Under the pieces are notes generated by a model that saw only the letters and a list, made by a program, of their open reading frames with translations, did not search any database and had not been told where the DNA came from. A DNA stretch of 64,000 bases from Alphaproteobacteria bacterium. Lineage in GTDB: Bacteria; Pseudomonadota; Alphaproteobacteria; SP197. This document shows positions 1-10,939 of the stretch, one piece after another. The position numbers were made by a program, and so were the translations under genes. Numbering within the stretch: the stretch's first letter is position 1; each line of letters opens with the position of its first letter. The DNA is taken from positions 325,491 to 389,490 of the forward strand of contig CBDCEA010000005.1 in assembly GCA_965215635.1 (NCBI GenBank), read 5' to 3'.

Positions 1-382
1 GGGCTACCATGCGATCAACCTTGGCATGATGAATGTGGACGCGCTCGAGCGCCGACCTCGGGGGGCGCCCGATCATGGGGAAATCCCGGTGCTCTTCCTG
101 GGCCAGGTCGCGGTGGACAAAGCAGAACAGGGCAGAAGTCTTGGTAGTATCCTCATGCACCATGTTTTCGAAAAGGCGTGCTTGGTTGCCGACGCGGCCG
201 AATGCCATGCAATCATTCTTGATGTCATCTCGGACGGCGGCGAGGCGGAGTTTTTGCGGCGCAAGGCATGGTACGAGAGTTTCGGTTTCGCGACCTTCCC
301 AAGCAACCCCGCGCGCATGTTCCTCGCAATGAAACAGGTGCGCGCCGTGTTTCAGGCAAGCTCCGAAGATGAGACCACGTAG
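1..382 (+). CDS. GNAT-family N-acetyltransferase, C-terminal part (5' end lies upstream of window)
   Basis: ORF 26-382 open to window edge; sequence ...GQVAVDKAEQGRSLGSILMHHVFEKA... resembles GNAT acetyl-CoA binding core; start cannot be seen. Confidence 0.5.
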   Translation, partial: GYHAINLGMMNVDALERRPRGAPDHGEIPVLFLGQVAVDKAEQGRSLGSILMHHVFEKACLVADAAECHAIILDVISDGGEAEFLRRKAWYESFGFATFPSNPARMFLAMKQVRAVFQASSEDETT

Positions 383-1410
383 TGTACTGCTGTTCGATGG
401 AGGTTTGATCGAAGAGCATTCACGCCGCGAATCGGAGAGGCTGCAGCAGAATGGCGAAGAGATGACGTTTCGGCTGTGATCTTGGCGCCGGGCATCCAGA
501 TCAGACACTTCCGGCCCTTGGGTATATCCGATCAACTATGCAACCGGCGCCATGGGCATGGCGCTTTCCGTCCTCAGCACGCCGAGGGCGGAAAGCGATC
601 TTCGAACAGGATCGCAAACTGCCCCATCGCGGCAGTCCACTTGATGGGTCGCCGCCTCATCGATGGGGAAGCTGCCCGACCTCCGCCAGCAACTCGGGAC
701 GCAGCGACACATGTTGTCCACCACCGTCTGGTACTCGTACTTCCTCTTGTCCGAGAAACTGACGAAGCGTCACGTGCTCGTTCACCGGTTCGTGAAGGCG
801 GTCGAAATCGCAAGTCCGGCCCCAGCATCGCCACACCCATCACCAGGATCCGCACAATCTCCATCCCCGGGCGGCATACCCGTGCAGTCGATGCCGGGAA
901 GCATATGCTCCTCGAGGGTGCGGGACTCCTCGGATGCTGAAGATCCGGCAACAACGCAGGAATGTCGTCCTGGGGTTTCGGGTTCGGTTCGATGTTCTCG
1001 ACCCGATTCAGGGCCATATGGCCCGATGACCACCTCAACGAATAATGTTCATTATCAACATCTAATATTATACTTGCTGGCACGAGATACATCCGGGAAA
1101 CAATGCCCCCAGGCGCCACTTGGCTGACAATGCCGATTGGAGTAGGATTCGCGCCGACCAGATCGTCCGGCAGCCAATGCTACGGGTGATTGAGGGAGGG
1201 TCGCGTGACAGTCTGCTATGCCAAGGACCCAGAGGTGGTCCATGCTGGGTTACTTCGTACCGCCATCGTTGCGGCAGGAAGAGTTGTCGCGTCGTTTCCA
1301 GACCGAATGGTCGGAGTCGGCGGGTGTTGACGACACCCGCATGCCGAGAGCCGGATTACCAACACGATACGGCAGTCTGTCACACGCCGTCAGATAAGGA
1401 GTCTGTCACC

Positions 1411-2988
1411 ATGCAACGAACCAGGAATCTTCCAGTATCCCTGAGCGCCCTGGCCATATCCGGGTTGCTCCTGATCCTGGGCGCATTTGCCTCCCCGGCG
1501 GTGAGTGCATCCGGTGGAACGATCACCTGGGCCAAGCCGGATGAAGCTCAGTCCCTGGACCCCCATACCGATTTCAACGGAAACACGTGGAAGTTCTTCT
1601 TTCCGGTCTACGACACGCTGGTGACAGTGGGTGAAACCGTCGATATCCAGCCCGGAATCGCGGAATCGTGGGAGCAGGTATCTCCCACAACCTACATCTT
1701 TCAGCTTCGCAGGAATGCGGCCTTCTCGAACGGGAGATCCGTTACCGCGAGCGATGTCGTCGGCAGCCTCGACCGCGTCCTCGATCCCGCAACCGGCTCG
1801 TGGTGGGCGCACATGCTGGGCCCTGTCAGTGAAATCGTGGCAGAGGACGATTACACGGTTCGTTTCGAGCTTGAAGAGCCGCACACGCAACTGCTCGCGG
1901 CGCTGGCCCATATCTCCGCGGCGATCATGCCGATGGAAGAGTACAATGCGGGAACATTCGACCCCGCCACGGAACTGATGGGTTCCGGACCGTTCATGGT
2001 GACGGAGCATTTGCAGGACCAGTCCTGGACCTACAGGGCCAACCCGCACTACTGGGACGAGGGTCTGCCTGTTGCCGATGAACTCAAGATCCTCATCATC
2101 CTCGACGAGGCGGCGCGCATTGCGGCGCTTCGCGACGGACGCGCAGATATCGGAACTTTCGTGAATCCGGACCTTCCGGTGCTGCTCCAGGGTGACGAGA
2201 ACATCACCGTCGCAACTCAGGAAACCGCGAGCTACTACAACCTCGACGTCAACGCCATGTCTGCCGATTCACCCTTCACCGACATCCGAATCCGCCAGGC
2301 GATGAATCTCGCCCTTGACCGCGAGGAGATCAGCCGCGTGGCGCTCGGCGGCATGGGCGCAGTCGACTATCCGTTGCCCCGTACATTCCCTTCGTCCCAT
2401 GCATGCACTGACGTTCCGTCATACACGGGATCGAGGGAGTCACGGCTCGAAAGTGCGCGGGCGCTTATGCGGGAGGCAGGAGCCGAGGGAGTTGAAATCG
2501 AGTTGTTGACGACATCCGATCTGGCTTCAATCGTGTCGATTGCCCAGGTGGTCAAGCAGCAGCTCGCGGACATCGACATGATCGCGAACATCAGTCAGCT
2601 TGGCTACGCGGAGTGGATTGATGCCGTATGGGTACGCGGAGATTTCGACCTCAATGTGACCTGGCTCACCGGCTTCGGTGATCCGGGGATATTGCTCGGA
2701 ACCTGGAATCCGGAAAAGACAGGATGGAACGCGCACTACCTGGTTCCGGTTCCCGAACTCAACGACAAGATAGCCGAGGCTCAGAAGACCCCCAATGGCA
2801 GCGAAAGGGATGTGCTGTTCGCCGAGATCTGCAGGCTGATCGACGACGGTGCGAACATGTTGGCGCTTGTCAACAAGAACAATATCATCGCCTATCGCAA
2901 TGACCGGATCGAAGTGAAGATTCACCCCGCCGAAGGCTATGAGGACGAACTCAGGTTCATCGAGGAGTTTGCGGTTATTGCACCATAG
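1411..2988 (+). CDS. ABC transporter substrate-binding protein, family 5 (peptide/nickel/opine type)
   Basis: ATG at 1411 preceded by AAGGAG; N-terminal signal peptide MQRTRNLPVSLSALAISGLLLILGAFASPAVSA; length and composition typical of DppA/OppA/NikA-family SBP; longer track ORF 1120-2988 has implausible N-extension. Confidence 0.85.
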   Translation: MQRTRNLPVSLSALAISGLLLILGAFASPAVSASGGTITWAKPDEAQSLDPHTDFNGNTWKFFFPVYDTLVTVGETVDIQPGIAESWEQVSPTTYIFQLRRNAAFSNGRSVTASDVVGSLDRVLDPATGSWWAHMLGPVSEIVAEDDYTVRFELEEPHTQLLAALAHISAAIMPMEEYNAGTFDPATELMGSGPFMVTEHLQDQSWTYRANPHYWDEGLPVADELKILIILDEAARIAALRDGRADIGTFVNPDLPVLLQGDENITVATQETASYYNLDVNAMSADSPFTDIRIRQAMNLALDREEISRVALGGMGAVDYPLPRTFPSSHACTDVPSYTGSRESRLESARALMREAGAEGVEIELLTTSDLASIVSIAQVVKQQLADIDMIANISQLGYAEWIDAVWVRGDFDLNVTWLTGFGDPGILLGTWNPEKTGWNAHYLVPVPELNDKIAEAQKTPNGSERDVLFAEICRLIDDGANMLALVNKNNIIAYRNDRIEVKIHPAEGYEDELRFIEEFAVIAP

Positions 2989-3049
2989 CGTGACCTGACC
3001 TTCTAAGCGGCATCCCGGTACCAGGGTACGCTAGGAACGGAGGAGCGGT

Positions 3050-4015
3050 GTGCGCGTCGTCCGGTTTGTCGCGTTTCGACTGTGTGTCGCGCTTGTCACG
3101 CTGTTGGGAGTTTCGATCATCGTCTTCGTGGCCATCCGCTTCGTGCCGGGTGGCTACGAGGATGTCATTCTCGGCCCCTTCGGAACTCCCGAGACGCGTG
3201 CGATCATCAGGGCCAAGTATGGTCTGGACCGTCCGGTGCTCGAACAGTTCCTTCACTGGCTCTCGGCGACGGCCACAGGCGATTTCGGAACCTCATTGAC
3301 GACGGGCCAGCCGGTCGCCTCCGAGATCATTCGCCGTGCTCCCGCCACGCTTCAACTTGCCGTCATGGCGACACTGCTGGCGGTCGCTGTCGGCGTGCCC
3401 ATGGGAATCGCTTCCGGCGTGACAAGCACCGGACGGTACTGGCGCGCCGTCGGCCGAATGGTTGGGGCATTGGGAGCGAGTGTCCCGGTCTTTGTCCTGG
3501 GCACCGTTTTCGTGTTCGTGTTTTCCATATGGTCGCTGGGCCTGACGGTCGGCGGCTATGTGCCGTTCTCCGAAGACCCTCTGACGAACATCCGCGCAAT
3601 GACACTGCCCGTCGTCACACTCAGTGTGTTCGGCATGGCCATCATCCAGCGCACGACACGCGATGCTGTTCTCGGCGTCACCACTGAAACACATGTCATG
3701 GCCGCCGTCGCACGAGGCGAGAGGCCACCGGACATCATTCGCGGCCATGTCCTTCGCAACGCCTCGATTCCCATCATCACCGTGACGACGGTGTATCTCG
3801 CCTATCTTCTCGGCGGCGCGGTCATCGTCGAACAGATGTTCTCCCTGCCCGGTATTGCCGTCTACGTTCTGCAAAGCGTCAAGAACAGGGACTACCTCGC
3901 AGTACAGTCAGGTGTCTTGTTGGCCGCGACCGTCTTTGTCTCGATCAATATCCTTGCCGATTTCGTCTATGCGCTGATCGACCCGCGGATCGGCGGAAAG
4001 CGGAGACAGTCGTGA
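3050..4015 (+). CDS. ABC transporter permease (DppB/OppB-like)
   Basis: GTG start after GGAGG; multi-TM protein with N-terminal pattern of DppB-type permeases; directly downstream of the SBP. Confidence 0.85.
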   Translation: MRVVRFVAFRLCVALVTLLGVSIIVFVAIRFVPGGYEDVILGPFGTPETRAIIRAKYGLDRPVLEQFLHWLSATATGDFGTSLTTGQPVASEIIRRAPATLQLAVMATLLAVAVGVPMGIASGVTSTGRYWRAVGRMVGALGASVPVFVLGTVFVFVFSIWSLGLTVGGYVPFSEDPLTNIRAMTLPVVTLSVFGMAIIQRTTRDAVLGVTTETHVMAAVARGERPPDIIRGHVLRNASIPIITVTTVYLAYLLGGAVIVEQMFSLPGIAVYVLQSVKNRDYLAVQSGVLLAATVFVSINILADFVYALIDPRIGGKRRQS

Positions 4016-4875
4016 GGCAACTCGTCAGAGGACCATTCTCCGGTGTGCTGGACTTCATCCGGCGTGACCGTCTTTCGGGTTTCGGGGCGGTTCTCTTCGC
4101 ATGCCTGGTGTTGCTCGGCCTGATGGGCCCATCATTGCCCATCGGTGATGCCGAGGAAATCGGGATCGGACCACGCCTGGCGGCGCCAGCGGCCGGCTGG
4201 TTGCTCGGAACCGACGAACTGGGCCGCTCCATTTTACCCCGCATTGTCGAAGGTCTGCGCGCGACGTTCCTTCTGGCGAGCCTCGCCGTCATCCTGACCG
4301 GAATCTTCGGCACCCTGATCGGACTGGCAGCCGCGTACGCCGGCGGAGTCCTGGACATGGTGGCCATGCGGATGGTTGACATCCTGTTTGCGTTTCCTCC
4401 ATTGCTGCTCGGTATCCTGATCGCCGCGGCGCTCGGTTCGGGAGGCACCTCGGCGATCATTGCGATTTCGCTCATCACCCTGCCGCTATTTGTTCGTGTC
4501 GTCCGCGCCGTGGCGCTCAGCGTTGCCGAACGCCCCTATGTGATCGCCGCGGAAGTCAGCGGCGCGGGTTTCATTCGTGTCGTTCTGCTTCATCTGCTGC
4601 CCAACGTGCTGGGTGCGGTCATCGTCCAACTCACCTACGCCTTGTCGATCGGCATGCTGGTCGAGAGCGAACTGAGCTTCCTGGGTCTTGGCGTTCAGCC
4701 GCCGGATGCATCTCTGGGTTCGCTCCTTCGCCTGGGAAGCGTCTATCTCACAGCGGCTCCCTGGCTGGTCTTTCCCGCCTGTCTGCTCCTTGCCGCAGCG
4801 ATCCTCTCCGTTAATCTGCTGGGAGACGGGCTGCGGGATCTGATGGATCCACTCAGGGGGCGACCCCTGCGATGA
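4012..4875 (+). CDS. ABC transporter permease (DppC/OppC-like)
   Basis: GTGA start/stop overlap with upstream permease; hydrophobic TM-rich protein typical of DppC. Confidence 0.85.
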   Translation: MRQLVRGPFSGVLDFIRRDRLSGFGAVLFACLVLLGLMGPSLPIGDAEEIGIGPRLAAPAAGWLLGTDELGRSILPRIVEGLRATFLLASLAVILTGIFGTLIGLAAAYAGGVLDMVAMRMVDILFAFPPLLLGILIAAALGSGGTSAIIAISLITLPLFVRVVRAVALSVAERPYVIAAEVSGAGFIRVVLLHLLPNVLGAVIVQLTYALSIGMLVESELSFLGLGVQPPDASLGSLLRLGSVYLTAAPWLVFPACLLLAAAILSVNLLGDGLRDLMDPLRGRPLR

Positions 4876-5840
4876 CACTGCTTCTCGACGTCAGGAATCT
4901 CGGTGTGGTGTACGATACGCCACGCGGGTCGGTGGTTGCACTGGATGGCGTAAACCTCGCTCTGAAATCCGGACAGACGCTGGGTGTCGTCGGGGAAAGC
5001 GGATCCGGCAAGAGTACCCTGGGCCTGGCAGTCGGCCGGCTGATGCCCGAGAATGCCCGCCGGCTGTCGGGTGATCTTGGCGTGCTTGGCACCTCCGTAT
5101 TCGAGGGCGAAGACGAGCATCTGCGCATCCTGCGTCGTGACGCGCTTGGCTACATTTTCCAGAATCCCATGGCCGCACTTGACCCGACCATGCGAATCGG
5201 GCGGCAGTTGACTCGAGCCATCGGACCGAAGGCAACGCACGACGGCATGTTCGCTCTGCTATCAAGGGTTGGACTGAGCAACAGGGGGCGGATTGACCGG
5301 AACTTTCCTCATGAACTTTCCGGCGGCATGGCGCAGCGGGTGGCCATCGCCATCGCCATCGCCCGAAATCCACGACTGATCATCGCCGACGAACCGACCG
5401 CCTCGCTTGACGCCTGGCTTCGCGACCAGATTCTCGAACTTCTGGTGTCGATGTGCCGGGCGGCACACGCGTCACTGCTGTTGCTCAGTCACGATCTGAG
5501 TGTGGTGTCCCGGTACTGCGAGCATGTCGCAGTCATGTATGGTGGCCGGATTGTCGAACACGCAGCAAGGGACCAGCTTTTTTACCGGCAGGCACATCCC
5601 TACACACACGCACTCCTGGAGGCCGCTCCGGGCGCCGAGCAGCCGGATGAGCGCCTCAGGCCGATACCGGGCGTCCCGCCCGTCCTCCTGGAAAGCAGTA
5701 CGGGATGCGCATTTGCGCCACGCTGCAAATGGGCCATCGATCTGTGCGGCGAAACGCGGCCTGAAGCGCAACGAATCGATGACCGATCGGTCGTCTGCCA
5801 CAGGGCCAGAGAGGTGCTGGCATGCGGTGCGGGCACCTGA
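4872..5840 (+). CDS. ABC transporter ATP-binding protein (DppD-like)
   Basis: ATGA overlap with the upstream permease gene; Walker A GESGSGKST, signature LSGGMAQR, oligopeptide-type C-terminal extension. Confidence 0.85.
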   Translation: MTLLLDVRNLGVVYDTPRGSVVALDGVNLALKSGQTLGVVGESGSGKSTLGLAVGRLMPENARRLSGDLGVLGTSVFEGEDEHLRILRRDALGYIFQNPMAALDPTMRIGRQLTRAIGPKATHDGMFALLSRVGLSNRGRIDRNFPHELSGGMAQRVAIAIAIARNPRLIIADEPTASLDAWLRDQILELLVSMCRAAHASLLLLSHDLSVVSRYCEHVAVMYGGRIVEHAARDQLFYRQAHPYTHALLEAAPGAEQPDERLRPIPGVPPVLLESSTGCAFAPRCKWAIDLCGETRPEAQRIDDRSVVCHRAREVLACGAGT

Positions 5841-5850
5841 TTTCGTACCC

Positions 5851-6792
5851 ATGACCCCACCGGTCATACATCTCGATAGCGTATCGGCGACGTACCAGCC
5901 GCGCAGGCTCCGGGATACAGTTGGCGTGCAGGCGGTTTCGGATGTGACGCTCACGATCGAACGCGGCCAGACGCTGGGACTCGTTGGCGAGTCCGGATCC
6001 GGAAAGACAACGCTTGGCAGGCTTTGCCTCGGAATGATGCGGCCAACGGAAGGGACCGTAACGTTCGACGGTGAGCCCTTGCCGAACAACCGGCGCAGCC
6101 TCAGGGGCCGCCTGGCGGTGGTCCTGCAGAATCCCGAATGGGCGCTCAATCCGCGATTGCGGGTTGGCGTTTCAGTTGCGGAGCCATTGCGCATTGCTCG
6201 TTCGCTGCCTTCCGGCAAAGTCGAAGCCACTGTCGCAGACTTACTGGCCAGGGTGGGCCTGGAACCGATTCTCGCGAATCGTTTTCCCCATGAACTCTCG
6301 GGCGGACAACGTCAGCGCCTCGCCATTGCCCGCGCACTCATCACGCATCCGCGGTTCGTCGTTTTCGATGAGGCTGTGAGCGCCCTCGACGTTTCCATCC
6401 AGAGCCAGGTGCTCAATCTGATCAGGGATCTTCAGGCAAGCGAGGGCTTCGCGGCGCTCTTCATTTCCCACGATATTGCGGTCACACGTTACATCGCCCA
6501 TGACATCGCGGTCATGTACCAGGGCGAACTGGTCGAGAAAGCGCCAGCCAGATCATTCTACTACAAGCCCAAACATCCCTACAGCCGGGCCCTGCGCCTC
6601 ACCATTGCCGAAGAGGATCGCGCCGCGTTCTCGTTCAATGATCTGATCACATCCCACACCACGGGAGGCTGCCTGTTCAGCAACCATTGTCCGTGGGCCA
6701 TCGACCGGTGCGTTGCCGACAAACCCGAACTGCGGGACGTCGAGGGAAGCCTCAGCGCGTGCCACCGGGCCGAAGAAGTTGGCAAGGCCTGA
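5851..6792 (+). CDS. ABC transporter ATP-binding protein (DppF-like)
   Basis: ATG at 5851, 10 bp after upstream stop; Walker A GESGSGKTT, LSGGQRQR signature; track ORF 5500-6792 contains spurious N-extension overlapping upstream gene. Confidence 0.8.
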   Translation: MTPPVIHLDSVSATYQPRRLRDTVGVQAVSDVTLTIERGQTLGLVGESGSGKTTLGRLCLGMMRPTEGTVTFDGEPLPNNRRSLRGRLAVVLQNPEWALNPRLRVGVSVAEPLRIARSLPSGKVEATVADLLARVGLEPILANRFPHELSGGQRQRLAIARALITHPRFVVFDEAVSALDVSIQSQVLNLIRDLQASEGFAALFISHDIAVTRYIAHDIAVMYQGELVEKAPARSFYYKPKHPYSRALRLTIAEEDRAAFSFNDLITSHTTGGCLFSNHCPWAIDRCVADKPELRDVEGSLSACHRAEEVGKA

Positions 6793-6841
6793 GCCATGGC
6801 AGCGGATGCACACCACGAACACGGCTCCTGAGGAGGCACCC

Positions 6842-8287
6842 ATGGCCGATACGGAACTCTGCTACCTGCCAGCGACCGAAGTGATGAAACGCTTCAGGGA
6901 CCATACACTTTCACCTGTCGAGTACCTCGACGCCCTCATCGCGCGCCACCGGGAGGTCGAACCCGCGATCAACGCCACGACCTACTCGTTTCATGAACAG
7001 GCTCTGGAACAGGCGCGCAAGGCAGAAACCAAATTCATGCGCACCGGCGCGTCGATCCGGCGCCTGGAAGGTCTGCCGGTCATGATCAAGGACCTGCATG
7101 CCATCAAGGGCCGCATCACCTCCCAGAGCTGCAGGATCTTCGCTGACCACCGCGACACCTTCACCTTGCCTACGGTCGAGCGTCTCCTGCGAGCCGGCGC
7201 GATCCTCTTCGCCCGTTCCACCAGTTCAGAACTCGGAATCGCCACGGTATGCCACAGCACACAATGGGGAATAACACGCAACCCCTGGAACCTGGCGATG
7301 AGTCCGGGCGGATCATCGGGAGGTTCGGGCGCGGCTCTTGCAGCGGGCATGACACCCCTTGCCGATGGATCCGACTATGGCGGTTCGATCCGGGTACCCG
7401 CATCGGCCTGCGGGGTATTCGGCTACAAACCGCCGTACGGACGCAATCCACAGGACACGACCGGATCATTCGACTCCTATTGCCATTATGGACCGATGAC
7501 CCGGACCGTCGCGGACGCAGCCGCAATGCAGAATGTCATGTCAGGCCAGCATCGGGATGATCTGACGACGCTGCCCGGACGCATTACCGTTCCCGACCGA
7601 CCGGGCTCGATAAGGGGCTGGAAAATCGCCCTCTCCATGAATCTGGGGTACAAGGAAATCGACCCCGAAGTCGAACATTGGACACGGCGGGCAGCCGAGG
7701 TGTTCCGAGACCTCGGTTGCGAGGTCGACGAAGTGGACCCCGGGTGGACTTCTGCTTCGGTGGTACCATGGGAGGTCCAGAGCAAGTCGGCGGTCGCGCT
7801 CTCTCTTGCGCCCCATCTGATGCACTGGCGTTACGATATCCTGGCGGATTCGGTGCGTGATGCGGAACAGGGCATGGCGATGAGCGCCCGCGAGCTGTTC
7901 GCCACCCACGAGATACGTGCGGAAATGTGGTTGAAGCTCTCTCCCATCATGCAACGCTACGATGTCATGCTCTGTCCGACGCTTGGCATCCCTTCGGTGG
8001 CAGCGGATCATTCGATCTTCGACACCAGGCTCGAGATCAATGGCAAGAGGGTCGATCCCTACATGGGATGGTGCCTGACTTATCCCTTCAACGCGTTGAG
8101 CCAACTGCCCGTGGCAAGCGTTCCCACGGGATTCGCTTCGAACGGGGTGCCGACCGGCATGCAGATCGTCGGCAGACCCTACGACGATGTCAGCGTGTTT
8201 CGCGCCGCGCTCGCCTTCGAGGAGTCACAGCCATGGTTCGCTCACAATTCACCGAGACCCGGGTTTCGCTATCCGGATGTCGACTGA
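6842..8287 (+). CDS. amidase (amidase-signature family)
   Basis: ATG at 6842 after GAGGAGG; Gly/Ser-rich AS signature GGSSGGSGAALAAG and the conserved Ser-cisSer-Lys region; about 480 aa. Confidence 0.85.
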   Translation: MADTELCYLPATEVMKRFRDHTLSPVEYLDALIARHREVEPAINATTYSFHEQALEQARKAETKFMRTGASIRRLEGLPVMIKDLHAIKGRITSQSCRIFADHRDTFTLPTVERLLRAGAILFARSTSSELGIATVCHSTQWGITRNPWNLAMSPGGSSGGSGAALAAGMTPLADGSDYGGSIRVPASACGVFGYKPPYGRNPQDTTGSFDSYCHYGPMTRTVADAAAMQNVMSGQHRDDLTTLPGRITVPDRPGSIRGWKIALSMNLGYKEIDPEVEHWTRRAAEVFRDLGCEVDEVDPGWTSASVVPWEVQSKSAVALSLAPHLMHWRYDILADSVRDAEQGMAMSARELFATHEIRAEMWLKLSPIMQRYDVMLCPTLGIPSVAADHSIFDTRLEINGKRVDPYMGWCLTYPFNALSQLPVASVPTGFASNGVPTGMQIVGRPYDDVSVFRAALAFEESQPWFAHNSPRPGFRYPDVD

Positions 8288-8426
8288 CACGGCAACCGAG
8301 GCCTTCAGCGCGGCGAACGCGCAGCCTCGCCCGCAATTGAGGTGCCACGGGGCCGGAAATCCGGACGCCGACACCGCAAACGCCGGATCAATCGGTCTCC
8401 GTTTCCGGTGTTTCTGGACCTGACGG

Positions 8427-10079
8427 TCAGGCGGCACATTCCATGCGGCAGTAGCACGACGCCCTGATGGGAACGTCGGCCCTTGCCGCTGCCAGATCGA
8501 GGCGCTGCCTGATGAGTGGAATCTCCGTGGATTCTCCCCTCCGCGTCAGACATTCGTGGAGCCCGTGCAGGCTCCAGACATTGTCCGGATGCTGACAGGG
8601 CCGGCGCAGTTTGCCGTCGAGTCCGAGATCGGCACGGTAGATCGCCTCGGCTTCGGCAATCCTTCCCTGCTCCATCAGAAGGGCTCCCAGAGCATGCCGG
8701 GTCGGCTGCATCCAGGCCCATGGTTCGTCGTACTCGAGATTGTCGTCGAGTTCGACGGAGCGCCAGAGATGGGCGAACGCCGCATCGTGGTTCCCCTTGC
8801 GGTATTCGAGTTCGCCCAGAAGCATCTGCTCGGCCACCTCGAGGATACTGAGGCAGGAATTGTGGAACAGTTTGCGGGTCTCCGGAACCCGGTCGCGCGC
8901 TTCCAGGAAACAGACCCGTTCAGCATCCGCTTCCGCGATCCGGTCGGTCGCGGAAAAGGCCACCGCACGGGCGTAGTGGATTGTGGCCGCAGTGACGCAA
9001 TAGAGCTCCTGATCGTCGGGCAGGGACTGTTCCAGAATGTCGTGCCAGCGGCCGAACCGGATCAGCACATGCTGCTTGACGGAAACGTAGCCCTCCAGCC
9101 AGTCGGCAAGCGGCGGGTCGCCCGACGCCAGAAGCTCGGCCGGCAGGGTCGAGACCATTTCATCGGCAGCCTCGATTGCGGGGCGAAACTGGCCGAGGAA
9201 CATCGCGCCATAGGCCTTGAAGTGGTAGTCGTGGGCGCGATAGCCCGAATAGAAATTGAAGACCCCCCGTCGGTCGACGAACCTCCGATTCGCGATGATC
9301 GCCCTGTGATTGCGCTCGACCACGGTCTGGTAGTTGCCGCACAGGACGTCGATATGGGTCGGCATGTGATGGAGATGGCCCGCATCGGGTATGAGGCCAT
9401 GGAGAGCATCGGCCGTCTTGAGGGCCCTTTCCGGATGGGGCGACATCTCCATCACATGGATATGCATGTGAAGGATTCCAGGATGCCGCCAGGCGCCTTC
9501 AATCCCATCGAGGGCGGTCTCGAGAACCTCGATGGCTTCCATCGTGTCCGATCCTTCCGTCGGCCTGGCGGCTTCGAGATCCCAGAGCTTCCAGGGCGTG
9601 CGGTTCATCAGCGCATCGGCATGCAGCGCACAGACATCCGGATGCTCGGGGTGTCTGCGATGGACACGGCGCATGGCCGCGGCATAGGCGTCGTTCCATG
9701 CGTCCCAGTCGTCGCTCCCGTCGAGAGGAAAGCGTTCGACCAGCGCAGCGCAGAGACCCTGTTCGAATTCCGTTGAGTCGGCTGCGCACCTCACGGCTTC
9801 CCGGCACTCCTCGCGGGCGCGCTTCATGCACACCATGCGCTCATCTTCGCCGAAATCGACCCACAACTTGTTGTAGTTGGGACCGGTCGCGAAGGCGACA
9901 CCCCAGTGGGCCATCGCACAGCCTGGATCGTGTTCGAGCGCCTTCCCGAAACAGTGGAGGGCCTCTTCGTGGTTGAACCCGTAGCACCAGGCGAGACCGC
10001 GGTCGAACCAGGTCCGGGCTTCCTGAGAGGATGTCGTGATCGGGCAGTGATACCCGCCTAGATCGAAATAGTCGTCCAT
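8427..10079 (-). CDS. tetratricopeptide-repeat-like helical protein of unknown function
   Basis: Long minus-strand ORF; probable start MDDYFDLGGY at 10079 after GGGGA; helical-repeat composition; no catalytic motif recognised. Confidence 0.6.
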   Translation of the reverse strand: MDDYFDLGGYHCPITTSSQEARTWFDRGLAWCYGFNHEEALHCFGKALEHDPGCAMAHWGVAFATGPNYNKLWVDFGEDERMVCMKRAREECREAVRCAADSTEFEQGLCAALVERFPLDGSDDWDAWNDAYAAAMRRVHRRHPEHPDVCALHADALMNRTPWKLWDLEAARPTEGSDTMEAIEVLETALDGIEGAWRHPGILHMHIHVMEMSPHPERALKTADALHGLIPDAGHLHHMPTHIDVLCGNYQTVVERNHRAIIANRRFVDRRGVFNFYSGYRAHDYHFKAYGAMFLGQFRPAIEAADEMVSTLPAELLASGDPPLADWLEGYVSVKQHVLIRFGRWHDILEQSLPDDQELYCVTAATIHYARAVAFSATDRIAEADAERVCFLEARDRVPETRKLFHNSCLSILEVAEQMLLGELEYRKGNHDAAFAHLWRSVELDDNLEYDEPWAWMQPTRHALGALLMEQGRIAEAEAIYRADLGLDGKLRRPCQHPDNVWSLHGLHECLTRRGESTEIPLIRQRLDLAAARADVPIRASCYCRMECAA

Positions 10080-10090
10080 TGTCCCCCTGT

Positions 10091-10867
10091 TCAGTGCTGC
10101 ATGCGTGATTCCAGATAGGCGCGGCACAACGACTCGAGCCGCTTCCTGCCGAAGCTTGGGTCGTGACCGGCATGAACAACCGTCACCGGCAGTGTCATCA
10201 GCCTTTCCATGGTGCGGCAGTAGACCTCTATGTCGGACTCCGGGAGCTGGTCGAGCAACGGCCCGTCGTAGACCGCATCACCGGAGAAGAGCGTGCCCGT
10301 TTCCTTCTCCCAGAGGCCCACGCTGCCCGGTGAATGGCCGGGAAGATGCAAAACCTCGAAACGGCGGTTGCCGATGGAAACCTCGTCGCCTTCGTCAACG
10401 ATGCGTGTCGGCCGCGCAGGTTCGACGCGATAGGCTCTTGCATCATAGTCGGCACGGGGAAGCGCATCGATCAGGCACTCGGGCAGGACATATCCGGCAT
10501 TCTCGAGCGAGGTAACGATTTCGGGGTCCATGTCCTCGCGATAAAGTGAGAAGCGGTTGTCGCCCTTTTCCATGATTGCAGCTTCCTGGCGGGCGACGAT
10601 CCGGTTCTCGAATTCGTGCAGGCTTCCGACGTGGTCGAAATGCGTGTGTGTGGCAAAGGCGATGACACCGTGGCCGAAGAGGTCCTCAATGGCCGGCTTC
10701 AGTTCGGCAAGCCCCATGCCGGTATCGACGAGGAGATCCGTTTCCGATCCCCGGACATGCCAGATATTGCAGCGCCCGAGGGGGGCGACATGAGGTTCCC
10801 AGATCAGCGTGATGTCGTCATCGATACGCTTGCGATCGAACCAGGTTTCAGCGATCCGGAAGGTCAT
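10091..10867 (-). CDS. MBL-fold metallo-hydrolase
   Basis: HTHFDHVG (HxHxDH) metallo-beta-lactamase motif; start MTFRIAETWF at 10867 after GGGGA; 11 bp upstream of the TPR gene, same strand. Confidence 0.8.
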   Translation of the reverse strand: MTFRIAETWFDRKRIDDDITLIWEPHVAPLGRCNIWHVRGSETDLLVDTGMGLAELKPAIEDLFGHGVIAFATHTHFDHVGSLHEFENRIVARQEAAIMEKGDNRFSLYREDMDPEIVTSLENAGYVLPECLIDALPRADYDARAYRVEPARPTRIVDEGDEVSIGNRRFEVLHLPGHSPGSVGLWEKETGTLFSGDAVYDGPLLDQLPESDIEVYCRTMERLMTLPVTVVHAGHDPSFGRKRLESLCRAYLESRMQH

Positions 10868-10939
10868 GATGATGTCCCCGGGAGGTGTCGAATGCCATGA
10901 TGGCAGGTCATGCCCGCATGGCAAGAGCCTCGGACGCAA

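Noticed and set aside
5500-5850. N-terminal 117-codon extension of the second ABC ATPase ORF
   Set aside because: Overlaps the upstream ATPase gene out of frame; true start is the ATG at 5851 just after the upstream stop.
8556-9776. 406-aa plus-strand ORF
   Set aside because: Lies entirely antisense to the TPR gene; Arg/Gly/Pro-rich composition typical of spurious high-GC reverse frames; no motif.
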